From Antedon mediterranea (lineage: Eukaryota > Animalia > Echinodermata): a DNA stretch of 64,000 nt. Numbering within the stretch: the first letter of the stretch is position 1; each line of letters opens with the position of its first letter. The DNA lies in NCBI RefSeq assembly GCF_964355755.1, contig NC_092671.1:4526001-4590000 (forward strand), given 5' to 3'. Below are positions 24,786 to 37,730 of the stretch, one piece after another. The notes under the pieces were generated by a model. It saw nothing but the letters and a program-made list of their open reading frames with translations. It made no database searches and was not told where the DNA came from. Made by a program: the position numbers and the translations under genes.

Positions 24786-25342
24786 ATTTTCTTCAGCTTC
24801 GCAATCAAATGTATTAGTTTCAAATAAAATATAATTACACTGCGACGATGAATTTAATAGCAACGAATGGCTTGTGTAGCTTACAAAGTAAGATTCATGT
24901 GCGACAAATACGGTTAATCTTGCAAAAGTTTCACATATTTTAATGGTGTTTGCTGAAATGCCATTAGAATTAAATTGTGTGTTCAAACATATAGCACGTT
25001 GGCCTAAAGTATCTGGAAAACAATTTGTCAGCTAAACAACACTGAATATCCAAATGGGTTGCAATTCAAGTACAATCTTTTTCAAATAACAGAATCAATG
25101 TTAAATCTAGAAACAGGCCTTAAATTGTGCTTACAACTATGACGCACAGCGCAGTGACGTAAGCGTTGAACTACATTGCTATTGGTTAGTCGCTTTGTAT
25201 TTATCTATTGCAATGTGCATCTCACATCCTCTCCCGCCTATTTAAAATGTATGGTGTCTGATGTTAAACAGCTGTTTTTCGAGCCTTATGTTATGATTTC
25301 CTTTTCAGGTGACTAAAAGCTATTTCTTCTTCACTCTCCCAA

Positions 25343-25395
25343 CAAGTATGTCTTCTCGGAATAATGATTGTAAACCGTAAGTCCAGTGTACACAA
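25343..25395 (+). mobile_element. Deu/Nin-domain SINE remnant (duplicated at ~57675-57727)
   Basis: tcttctcgga..taaaccgtaagtccagtgtacaca matches the SINE core at 62905-62947. Confidence 0.55.
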
Positions 25396-26654
25396 AATGC
25401 TCTCGTGCAAAGAAATATTTTTCAAGACGAGTTGGAGGTTACTGTGTACTAGGTCACACAGTTACTCATGAAGGAGCATGTATTATATTATATGTATTAG
25501 AAAATTGTAACTTTAAGCCCACGGCGCGCTCAATGGCGTTATAAAAATGGAAATTACATTATATTATAATCTAATCGAATAAAACCAAATCAGGTGTAAT
25601 TTTAATTTTTTAATTTAAAAATTTAATTTTTTATTAGTAAATGAAAAGCCAATTAATTTATATGTAAATATGTTTAAAAATTATTAATTATTAATGTTAA
25701 TTTTTGTTTCAACTAGTTGTTTGATGAGTCATTGTAACTTATTCAAATATTTGTTTTCTTTTGGATGATATACTAATTATTGTAACTTGTTATATTTTAA
25801 GTAAATAAATATTCTATTTATCATTATTATTTTATTTTCTTTGCATATGCATAAGGATTAATTATTTGTCTTTATCATTCATTACATGGCTGTGCAGTCT
25901 TGTTATTTACTTACTAATTGAGAATAGCGAAGATTTCAGTATTTATCATCGAGTAAACATGTGTTATAATTAATCTCTCTTCTCGATGTCAACGATCGAA
26001 CGCCGTAGTATGTCGCTGTCTCAACCATATTCCATCATCCCATCTTAATGTGAATTCATTGGTATTTATTCAAATTCATGCAGATTCAAACACTATTAAA
26101 ACGAAGCAGCAAAAATCTTGAATTGAATTTTAATTTAGATGAGGGAAAACCATCAAAATGTAAAACAGTTAAACAGATAAATAATATAGTTATTAGAACT
26201 ATTACAACACATGGTTATAAGGAAGTTACTAAAATCGTAAATATTATAATTTTACTATTATTATAGTTATAAATAAAAAACTGGCAGGAAGTTTTTGTTA
26301 ATATATTTTATCAATATTTTTCGAAGAAACCAAACTTATCGTTGAGGATCTGGCACTAACAAAGTTATTTATTTTGAGATTTATCGACTCACCGAATGGA
26401 AAGTCGGTAGAAAATTATTCCTCGGAATCGTACAAGACTTACTGTATAGTAGGTCTACGAGTTGCACATATATACATAATTATAATGGCTATATTTGTTA
26501 TTTTTAAATTACTATGCCAATTTTATTATGATACTCTGAATTGTACCGACAGAGCTGAATCGTTCACGTGACTAGTCTACAAGGTACTTTGTGTATAAAT
26601 GTTACTTCTGTATTACTAACCAATAAGTATTGTTGGTGTTTGGTGAATTTCAAT

Positions 26655-26797
26655 TCAGTCTTCACTATCAAACTAGTTTGACAGAAAAAAGTGTGATTTA
26701 CCCAAATATAGAAGTTATATGACATCATCATGTCCATATATGGGCATATCACTCTTTTTTAGGGCACAAGTCAAGTTTGAGAGTGTGGACAGAGCTT
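26655..26797. mobile_element. Short PIF-like MITE, family of 813-1053
   Basis: cactatcaaactagtttg ... agtttgagagtgtggacagagct termini. Confidence 0.6.
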
Positions 26798-27654
26798 TAT
26801 AAGGACTTATGAAAATTCCAATGAACTAAGTTTTGAGGAAAATTTACTCCATTATATTGCACTGCATTATATTTCACAACCAATATTCATTCATTCATAT
26901 ACTTACAGGCCTACAAAACACAAATTCAACACTAAAAACACATTTTCATCAACGCTGATGCAGGTTGGATTGTAAACTACAGTTTGTTAATCAAACAATT
27001 ACAACTGTCATACATTCTGTTCTTAAAAACTGTGATATTATACATTGAGGGAATATGTTATATTTATATGTACCAAAGGTATTGAAATAGAAAAATTAAT
27101 AATTTATTAGGATCTAGTTAGTTAACTAAGTTTTAATTATTAAGATAAACAATCAAGATAGCTGAAATAAGAAAATATATCCATTTGCCGATCCTTTTCT
27201 TTATGAAAAATCGTATTGCTTCTTTCTGGAAAAGAAAATGTAACAAAAATACACACCCATTTTAAATATTACAAGAAAGTTGTAAAAGGTGCAACATACT
27301 GTCTTATCATTTTATTGACCAAATATAATTTTCACAAAAAGAATAACAACAATTTATTTGTACAATTATATACCAATCTTTTTTGGAAACAAAACAGAAA
27401 GCTATAGATGATAATCGGGCGATTGCATGTCCGTACCGGGTGTTACGAGATTCAAAACTGCTTAATAATGTGTTCTATTATTGGCTCTGTATTTTTGAGA
27501 AATCTCGAAAAATAGAGACTATAATTTTGATATTGATTGACCTTCATTATACACACTATTATATACAATTTTTTTAGGTGTGAAGGATGACACCTAGTGA
27601 AATATAATTATTATACCATTCTTTTTTTTAATATCTTAGACGAAGAATATTTAC

Positions 27655-27805
27655 TACTACCCAGAATCTAATGTAATTATCCTAATATTATCAAAAAACG
27701 GTGTCATAAACACAACTTAAACTTAAATCCATATGATTGCACGGACCGTAAGGATATTGAGAGTACCAAATCAATTTGTTTTAAACTGAAAAATCTGCAA
27801 ATTGA
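27655..27805 (-). pseudogene. Highly eroded GPCR relic (ICL2/TM4 and TM6 pieces)
   Basis: gagagtaccaaa, atccatatgattgc and aacggtgtcata match paralogue ICL2/TM4/TM6 sequence. Confidence 0.5.
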
Positions 27806-28220
27806 AATGTTTCCTATTTAATAGAACTATTGATAAAAATATTATTATTATTATTATTATTAGTATTAGTGTTATTATTATTATTATTAAAGTCAAACAT
27901 CAAATCATCATACATTTTCAATTGAAAGCAACATAGCCTTTCTGTCGAAATGACACGTGGTACAAAAAGACATAACAATACTCAAACGTAATGCTCCTCG
28001 TTTAAACAGTTTAACGAAATATAGAAGTTACACAAATTACACGTGTAAATTGTAAGCAGATGTTTTGTAAAAGAAATCAAATGTCTTCTTTATTTGAGAA
28101 AATTATAAATAAATATTAATAATAATAAATTGTCCGTAAAGGGAATTATAAACATGCGAGTCTTTACTGTATTTCTATGTGCTTTCAACATGGTAATCTC
28201 GAAAATAGAGACAATTAATA

Positions 28221-29284
28221 TTATTTTTGTCCTAAATACATTGTTAATTTTCTTCGAATTCTTCCGTAGAAAACATAAACAAATGCTTGTCTAAAATCTG
28301 TGTTTACTACATTATAGATCAAAGGATTTACAAATGAATTTACATAAAATAGAAAACGACAGATGGTTAAAAGTAAAGATCCTTCCGATCCCAGAATATT
28401 AGTAAAGTATAGTATTCCACACAAATGAATTGGTTCCACGAGTAAAATATAAACTGTGACTGTTACAAAAACTGTCCAGAATATTTTCCTCTCAGATTCC
28501 AAACGTGGGTCCGTTTCGCGCGAAATTGGCAATGCATTGCGAGATTTTCTTATACAATAGAGCATACATGAATATAAAAATACAATAATTATAATTAACA
28601 ACACAGTCAGAGTTGAGTTCAGAATCCACAAAATTGCACAAAGTGTATTGTATTTTGGATTATTACCACATATAGTTGCACGGTTTGAGATACCTCTATA
28701 CATATCAGGCCAGGGAAGAATGACGAACACTCGTACGACATATACAAATGCTACAGTATTCACCGACAAACATAAAATCCATATAATAACACAGATTTTG
28801 ACAGATCTTGAGAAAGTACCCAATCCACTTGTTTTATATTGAAAAGGTCTACAAACTGCCATATAACGTTCAACGGGAGCCAAAAAATAGTTAATAATGC
28901 TACATGCATGGTACTATTACTAAAATAATCAAATAGTCCACATTTCCAGTTGTTTATTCCTAATTTAACAACCGTATAGTTTACGGGAATTAAATCCTCA
29001 CTTATCCATATTTTAATTGGTGCCACAATCAAAGTCAATGCATCAGCTATTGCCAAATTTGCTAAATACACGTAAACTGATGAGTGCAATTTACTCACCA
29101 TAACGACAAATGTCATTATGTTGCCGATAATACCAAAAGCAACAACAAAAGGAATACTATAGTTAATTAAAATTATTTTCCAGTCACTATACAGGAGGAA
29201 CATATATATGGCAGCATCATATTGACTCGTGTTAGACATTGAATTCCCGAGTTCAGTTACATTATAGAAGATATCAAACGCCAT
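28221..29284 (-). pseudogene. Full-length GPCR with a single 1-bp frameshift at the end of TM3
   Basis: ttcaacgggagcca vs paralogue ttcaacggaaagcca (~28876-28879) splits an otherwise open 7TM ORF into 28760-29284 and 28221-28883. Confidence 0.85.
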
Positions 29285-30691
29285 TGTTCTTTTGAAAATC
29301 TATTTTTGCAAATTGTCTTCTGTTTTGCAACTAAAATGTATCAGTACGAATACAATCAAAGTGCTTGAGGAAAAACTGATGATAGTGGGTTTGGTATGGT
29401 TTCAAAATAACCGTGGCTCTGTCTAACAACACAAGTAGCACTCTTGTAGTTGTGGTCGCAATACTATTGAGTATAACAGACGTACCAAGTTACTATGGCT
29501 AATAATTTAGACGTTTAGTAGTAATATCTACGTAACTACATATTCTTCATGTACAAAGTTTTGATTGACCAATCAAAATTAACATGATATATAAATTATG
29601 AACCAATCACGATTACTGCAAAAATATATCTTTTTGTCGATACTTTCCTTATAAATAAAACCGATTGCTGACGTAATTTTAAAAGAAAAATGAAACAAAA
29701 TGCATACTAATTTTAAAAGGTTTAACAAAATATATATAAAAAAGAAAAAAAACAACCGTACTTCATTGTAAAATTATATTTTATCAATCTTTTTAGAAGA
29801 ATCAAAAAGGTAGTTATCGATTATGATCGGGCAATTGAATTTATGGATCGGGTGTTCAAGAGAGACTTTTTTCGAGATTTTCCAGAAACATAGACCCAAT
29901 TTAAAATATTTTTTATATTTATTTGTTCTCTTTTTTTTTAGAAATATCGAAAAATAGAAACTACAATTTGTTTGTTGATTGACCTAATATATGCTATTGT
30001 CAGTAATTGTATTCAATCAATGCAAAAAAATAAGTCTTCCTCCGAAGCGTGTTTAACATAGATTACCAATATCTTCTATACGAAATATAATTTCAAGATA
30101 GGTCAATAAAAAATAAAAATGACGTATTCGTTTACAACATTATGCATAATTATAAGGAAGCTTAAAAATGTACAATTATATTGTGTTCATAGAAATAAAC
30201 AAAAGTATTGACCAGGATCGGGTTATGGTCACAGATGGTTGCATTTCTGGATGGTGTTCATTTTAAAAATGTAAGGGAGAATATTCTTTTCTAAATGTCT
30301 AGATATCTTTTTAATAAGCCAATTGTGTTCAAACAATTAATCTATAATTATATAATTTCATTAAAAAGATGTGAATGATATTTAAGCGTAAGGGGTGACA
30401 CGTGCTAATCATCATTTAGTTTGCTGCAAAAAAAATATCGACTTTATCATTAACTTTATTAAAGTAGAATTGTTATAATCTATTAATTGTATTGTTATCG
30501 TTATTGTTCTTTTATTTATTTCTTCCTTATTTTGGAAATATTTGAAAAAAATTTTGATAAAATATAAATAATAACAATAATATCATACAATAGATAGAAA
30601 ATATCACAATTAATTCTTCTTCATATAATTATGTAAAACGTTACAGTCACCATAACACAGTTGCATACAAGTACACATCAAAACTACCTAA

Positions 30692-31068
30692 AATTGATCT
30701 TCTATTCAGGCCACCCTTTGCTCGAACTGTCTGTTTTCAATCTTCACTCTTTCCTAGATTCTGTAAACTTTGGAATGGTCTTCCCTTTGAATTAAGTGAC
30801 CTTGGCAGGTTTCGAGAATTCGAGACTAGTCTTCGCCAACACTATTTCTTTTGATTTTACCTGGTCCCTGCTGTATTTTGTCTTAGATATTTATTAATTA
30901 ATTTTTTCTCGTCATTTATTTTATATTTATATTATATTTTATTTATGTTAAAGGAAAGTCTTTAAACAGTGATTGGGGACAATCCTGGTTTTTTGTTTCA
31001 TTATATATTTTTATGTATTATGTTGTAATTGAAATGAGCCGATATTGAATAAATCAAATCAAATCAAA
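30692..31068 (+). mobile_element. 5'-truncated CR1/L2-clade LINE 3' end
   Basis: FRPPFARTVCFQSSLFPRFCKLWNGLP...* (typical SFFPR..WN.LP ORF2 C-terminus), AT-rich UTR, AATAAA and (AAATC)n tail. Confidence 0.75.
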
Positions 31069-31829
31069 AACCTAACACACACCCCAAACATACACACACC
31101 TATAATGAATTTCTTTCTATACACATTTTTCAAAACATACGTTCTAACCCAACCAGAAATAACACAGATTTAGAAAAACAAAACAGTTCAAGATTTTTGT
31201 TTTATTTTCACAAAATATTTAATATACAACTGAAACCTAATATATCGATATCGATGAACAGTTAAACAGAGAAATAATAGATTTATTACAATTATTACAG
31301 CACATGGTTATAAGGAAGTTACTAAAATCATAAACATTATAATTTTATCAAACTTCTATGTTATAAATATAAAACTGGCAGGAAGTCTTTCTTTCTGATA
31401 AAGTATACAACTATTTTATCAATATCTTTCGAAGAAACACAAACTTATCGTTGAGGATCAGGCACTTGGATGATTTAGAACAAAGCTATTTATATCGAGA
31501 TTTATCGACTCACCGAATAATGTATTGGATATCGGTAGAAAATTATTTACTTACGATATAGTAGGCTTATGAGTTGCACATACATACATAATTATAATGG
31601 CTATGTTTTTAACCTACTATGCCAACTATTGTGATTGAAAATGTTCATCTGGCTTGAAGATACGTTATTTTACAATTCTATTTTGACAAACCAACTATTA
31701 TGATACTCTGAATTGTACCGACAGAACTGAATCGTTTACGTGACTAGTTTTTACTATCCAATAGGCCAAAGAAGAATGATGCATCACATATTCGTATTGT
31801 TGATGTTCTTTGATAAACTGAAATCCAAT

Positions 31830-31969
31830 TCTGTCTACACTATCGAACTAGTTTGACAAAAAAAGTGTGATGTACCCAAATATATAAGTTATATGACATC
31901 ATCGTGTCCATATATGGGCATATTAATTTTGTTTTGTCACAAGTCAAGTTTGATAGTGTAGACAGAGCT
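31830..31969. mobile_element. Short PIF-like MITE, family of 813-1053
   Basis: ctgtctacactatcgaact ... agtttgatagtgtagacagagct. Confidence 0.65.
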
Positions 31970-32184
31970 TTATAAGGATATTATGAAAATTCCAATGAAC
32001 TAAGTTTTGAGGAAAATTTACTCCATTCTATTGCACTGCATTATATTTCACAACCAATATTCATTCATTTATTTACTTATAGGCCTACAAAACATACAAA
32101 ACAAAAATTCAACAAAAAAACACATTTTCATCAACGCTGATGCAGGTTGGATTGTTAGGCTAGTCAATCTAGCATAACCGCTTC

Positions 32185-33925
32185 TGTGTCTGTTGATGGT
32201 ATTATTACACCCCTTTCTTTATGTGTGTATGGTCTTACACCCATTTCTTTGTCTGTAGATGGTCTTACACCCCTTTTTTTGTCTGTGGATGGTCCTACAC
32301 TCCCTTCTTTGTCTGTGGATGGTCCTACACCCCCTTCTTTTTTCTGTGGATGGTCCTACCCCCCTTCTTTGTCTGTGGATGGTCCTATACCTCTTTTTTT
32401 GTCAGTGGATGGTCTTATACCCCCTTCTTTGTCTGTGGATGGTCTTACACCCCTTTCTTTTTATGTGGATGGTCTTATACCCCCTTCTGTGCCTGTGGGT
32501 GATCTTATACCCCCTTCTTTGTCTGTTGATGGTATTAAACCCCTTTCTTTGTCCGTTGATGGTATTAAACCCCTTTTTTGTATGTGGATGGTCTTATACA
32601 CCCCTTTCTTTGTGTATGGATGATCTTGGACTCCTTTAATTTGTCTGTGGATGGTTTACACCCCTTCTTTGTCTGTGGATGGTCTTATACCCCCTTCTTT
32701 GTCTGTGGATGGTCTTATATCCCCTTCTTTGTCTGTGGATGGTCTTCTCCCTTTCTTTGTCTGTGGATGGTCCTACACTCCCTTCTTTGTCTGTGGATGG
32801 TCCTACACCCCTTATTTGTCTGTGGATGGTCATATACCCTCTTCTTTGTCTGTAAGTGGTCCTATACCCCTTTCTTTGTCAGTGGATGGTCTTGCACCCC
32901 ATTCTTTGTCTGTGGACGGTCTTACGCCCCTTTTTTTGTCTGTGGATGGTCCTATACCCCTTTTTTTGTCAGTGGATGGTCTTATACCCCCTTCTTTGTC
33001 TGTGGACGGTCCTACATCCCCTTCTTTGTCTGTAGATGGCCTTACACCCCTTTCTTTGTCTGTGGATGGTCTTATACCTCCTTCTTTGTGTGTGGATGGT
33101 CTTACACCCCCTTCTTTGTCTGTGGACGGTTCTACACCCCCTTCTTTGTCTGTGGATGGTCTTACACTCCTTTCTTTTTCTGTTGACGGTCTTATACCCC
33201 CTTCTGTGCCTGTGGGTGATCTTATACCCCTTTCTTTGTCCGTTGATGGTATTAAACCCCTTTTTTGTATGTGGATGGTCTTATACGCCCCTTTCTTTGT
33301 GTATGGATGGTCTTGGACTCCTTTAATTTGTCTGTGGATGGTTTACACCCCTTCTTTGTCTGTGGATGGTCTTATACCCCCTTCTTTGTCTGTGGATGGT
33401 CTTATATCCCCTTCTTTGTCTGTGGATGGTCTTCTCCCCTTCTTTGTCTGTGGATGGTCCTACACTCCCTTCTTTGTCTGTGGATGGTCCTACACCCCTT
33501 ATTTGTCTGTGGATGGTCTTATACCCTCTTCTTTGTCTGTAAGTGGTCCTATACCCCTTTCTTTGTCAGTGGATGGTCTTGCACCCCATTCTTTGTCTGT
33601 GGACGGTCTTACGCCCCCTTCTTTGTCTGTGGATGGTCCTATACCTCTTTTTTTGTCAGTGGATGGTCTTATACCCCCTTCTTTGTCTGTGGACGGTCCT
33701 ACATCCCCTTCTTTGTCTGTAGATGGCCTTACACCCCTTTCTTTGTCTGTGGATGGTCTTATACCTCCTTCTTTGTGTGTGGATGGTCTTACACCCCCTT
33801 CTTTGTCTGTGGATGGTCTTACACCCTCTTTTTTTGTCTGTGGGTGGTCTTATACCCTCTTCTTTGTATGTGGATGGTCTTACAACCCCTTCTTTGTCTG
33901 TGGATGGTCTTACACCCCCTTCTTT
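32185..33925. repeat. 30-bp minisatellite with ~687-bp higher-order duplication
   Basis: Unit ~GTCTGTGGATGGTCTTACACCCCCTTCTTT; diagnostic variants recur 687 bp apart (e.g. 32610/33297, 32854/33541). Confidence 0.95.
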
Positions 33926-34909
33926 ATCTATCTGAACCCACTACTTTGATTGATTAAATTAGACATTGTTTCTTGTATGATTAGGAAACCAAGACTTTTA
34001 AAGTGAAAGCCCACAGTTGGATGCCTAAACAGGTCTTGTACAGAACAGTATATTGTAGGTCCATGTCACTAATTTGAGGATTACTTGAATAATTATATTG
34101 AGATGTCTTTTACAAATTGATTTAGTTCGGATTTTGCTAAAAAATCAATGACTAGAAAAAATCGAGGAAAAGGATTCAGATGAAAGGTTTACAGCAAAGG
34201 TCCATTACCATAAAAATGGAGTAGGCCTACATTTTTTTAGATGCAAAAAAAAACGATTGACACATCACAGTTTAGCAAACATGTCGGCATAGATGAGCTC
34301 AGTGATCTGTCATACTTTATACCTATCCTATCACATCAAAAGTTAAAAATTCAGAATAATAATTCCGTGTCATTTATTTCGGTAAAAAAAATTAGGTGCA
34401 TTTATACCAATTAAACCACATACAGTATGTTCACATAATTATATATGTCAAAGGTTATAAATTGTATTTCCAGTAACTTTATGTGAAAATGTTTCATTAC
34501 TACAAATATAAATGTCTCTATTCTGAACAAAATGACACCAAAATCGATTGAAAATGATCAGTAGTTACTGAGATATACAGATAAGAGGTCAAAGGTCAAA
34601 CTGGAAGAAACGTCATTTCCGGTCATTTTTGGACGAAACTTTTCATTAGAGCAAATAGAAATATGTGGTTTGTGAACAATTTAACACCAGAATCAAGTCT
34701 CTACTGTTTATAGTTGCCAAGATATGAACATTTTTTGTTTTTATGGTGGCCATTTTGAAATCAAGATGGCCGCCATACCGGACGTTGGACACTTGGCACC
34801 CCCCGATATTTTGAATCTATATACATCAAAGAAACTTTGTGGAAAGTTTCATGCTTTGGTAATAAAGTGCACAACTTGGCTATTTTTATGGCGTTAACTG
34901 CTCTACTAA

Positions 34910-37730
34910 ACGTCGTCATGCACTTCGAAAGTATGCAAATTAGTAGTACAAGTAATATTAAATATGCAAATTAGGGAGTGAAATTACAGCGTTGCCATAT
35001 CTCGAAAACCGCTAATGCTAGAGTGTTGATTTTTTCACTAAAATATTTAAAATGTATATATTTATATTTGCTGTAATGAGACATTTTACAAAAAAAATTC
35101 CCGGAACTATGACATTTGACCCTCGACCCCATTTCTCAATATTGCATATATAATGAAAACTAAAATGTCTGTAGAAACTTTGTTTTGCCCTCAAATGACT
35201 CGGATACAGGTTTCTAATAGCCAACATAGGAATGTTTAGTAAATCTCAAAATCACACCTGTATCACTCACCTTCAAAGTATGCAAATTATTAGTACAAGT
35301 TACATGAAATATGCAAATTAGGGGGTGAAATTACAGGTTCCTATATGTATCGAAAACCGCTAAGGTAGAGAGTTAATTTTTTTCAAAAACTTGTTCAGAA
35401 TGTACATATTTATATTTGCTATAATGAAACATTTTACAAAAAAATGACCGGAAATACAACAATTGACCCTTGACCCTATTTATCAATGTTTGCATACATA
35501 ACGCGACTAAAATGTCTGTAGATAATTTTTTTGGACTCAAATACAGTTTTCCTATTGTCAGCATAGGACCGCTTTGTAATTCCCAAAATCACATCTTTGT
35601 CACATACCTTAAAAGTATGCAAATTATTAGTACAAGTTACATGAAATATGCAATTTAGGGGTGAAATTACAGTCTTCCCATATCTCAAAAACCATTAATG
35701 CTAGAGAGTTGATTTGAATTCAGAGTTGATTCAGAATGTACATATTATTTAGATTCGCTGTAATGAAACATTTTACGCAAAAATTGTCATGATTGAATTA
35801 TGACATTTGACCCTTGACCCTATTTCTCAATATTTTCATATAATTCAACTAAAATATCTGTACAGACTGTTTTGGCCTCAAATGACTCAGATACAGGTTT
35901 TCTATAGCCAGCATAGAACTGTTAGTAATTCTCAAAATCACACCTTTGTTACTTCCCTAGAAAATATGCAAATTAGTAGTACAAGAGGTGAAAGTTGCCA
36001 TATCTCTATCGGTCATTAGCGTTTTTCGAGATACTTAAGGCTGTAATTTGCATATTTCATATAACTTGTACTAATAATTTGCATACTTTCGAGTTGCTTG
36101 ACTTTTTGGAATTAATAAACGATCCTATACTGGCTATATAAAACCTGTATCCAAGTCATTTGAGGCCAAAACAAAGTCTGTACATACATTTTAGTTACAT
36201 TATATGCAAATATTGAGAAATAGGTTCGAAAGTCAAATGTCATACTTTCGATAATTTTTTTTTCAATAATGACCCAGATACAGGTTTTCTATAGCCAGCA
36301 TAGAACTGTTTAGTAATTCTCAAAATCACACCTCTGTTACTTCGCTTGAAAGTATGCAAATCAGTAGTACTAGAAAGTTGCCATATCTCTCTCTCTCGGT
36401 CATTAGCGTTTTCAAGATACATAAGGCAATTCACTGTAATTTTCATATTTCATATAGCTTGTACTACTAATTTGCATCCTTTCGAGGTGCTTGACTTATA
36501 CTGGCTATATAAAACCTGTATCCGAGTCATTTGAGGCTAAAACAATGTCTGTACATACATTTTAGTTGCATTATGCAAATATTGAGAAATAATAATAATA
36601 ATATCCTGGATTTATATAGCGCCTAATGTTGTGAAACCTGTAAGCGCTGTACATAAACTAATACGAAAAAGGGGAATTCCAACCATGCCAAAATGAAGGC
36701 GTGATTTTGGGAATTACAAAGCGGTCCTATGCTGACTATAGGAAACATGTATCCGAGTTATTTGAGTCCAAAACAAAGTCTCTACAGACATTTTAGTCGC
36801 ATTATGTATGCAAACATTGATAAATGGGGTCGAGGGTCAATTGTTGTATTTCCGGTCATTTTTTCGTAAAATGTTTCATTAGAATAAATATAAATATGTA
36901 CATTCTGAACAAGTTATTGACAAAAATCAACTCTCTAGCCTTAGTGGTTTTCGATATATAGGAACCTTTAATTTCACCCTCTAACTTGCATATTTCATGT
37001 AACTTGTACTAATAATTTGCATACTTTGGAGGTGAGTGATACAGGTGTGATTTTGAGATCTACTAAACAGTCCTATATTGGCTATTAGAAACCTGTATCG
37101 GAGTCATTTGAGGGCAAAACAAAGTCTCTACAGACATTTTAGTTTCATTTATATATGCAATATTGAGAAATGGGGTCGAGGGTCAAATGTCATACTTCCG
37201 GTTAATTTTTTGTAAAATGTTTCATTGGAGCAAATAGAAATATGTACATTTTGAATACGGCTGTGAAAAAATCAGCTCTCTAGCATTAGTGGTTTTCGAG
37301 ATATAGGACAACTGTAATTTTTTCCAATTATTTGCATATTTTATTTAAATTGTACTACTAATTTGCATACTTTTGAGGTGTGTGACAAAGGTGTGATTTT
37401 GGGAATTACAAAGTGATCCTATGCTGGTTATTAGGAACCTATGTCTGGGTCATTTGAGGGCAAAATAAAGTCTCTACAGACATTTTAGTCACATTGTATA
37501 TGCAAACATTGGGAAATGGGGTCGAAGGTCAAATGTTGTACTTCCGGTCATTTTTTCGTAAAATGTTTCATTAGAGTAAATATAAATATATACATTTTGA
37601 ATAGATCAGTGAAAATATCAACTCTCTCGGACTAGTAGTTTTTGAGATATGGTAACCCTGTAATTTCACCCTAATTTGCATATTTAAGCTAATTTGCATA
37701 TCATCGGGATGAGTGACAGAGGTGTGATGC
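34910..37730. repeat. ~340-bp repeat array with orientation switches
   Basis: tatgcaaatta.tagtacaag recurs at ~34932, 35279, 35616, 35965 (plus strand) and inverted from ~36010; units carry tttgaccc/gggtcaaa and atttgcata motifs. Confidence 0.85.
36590..36660 (-). mobile_element. L2-type LINE/SINE 3' tail fragment
   Basis: Minus strand reads gtacagcgctt...aggcgctatataaat...(att)n, the typical L2 stem-loop tail. Confidence 0.55.

Larger units (their letters stand above)
11184..27485 (+). repeat. Segmental duplication, copy A (partner ~45600-60015)
   Basis: Colinear similarity of genes and intergenic DNA: 11184-17900 with 45600-53130 and 22410-27485 with 53270-60015. Confidence 0.9.

Noticed and set aside
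24786-24986. N-terminal extension of the GPCR to 427 aa
   Set aside because: Starts at TTG, is not kept in frame in the duplicate (57120-57320), and paralogues start at the downstream ATG.
32186-33957. Long plus-strand ORFs (up to 432 aa) of 10-aa repeats
   Set aside because: By-product of a stop-poor 30-bp minisatellite; open in all frames with frame-shifting indels, and located inside a transposon.
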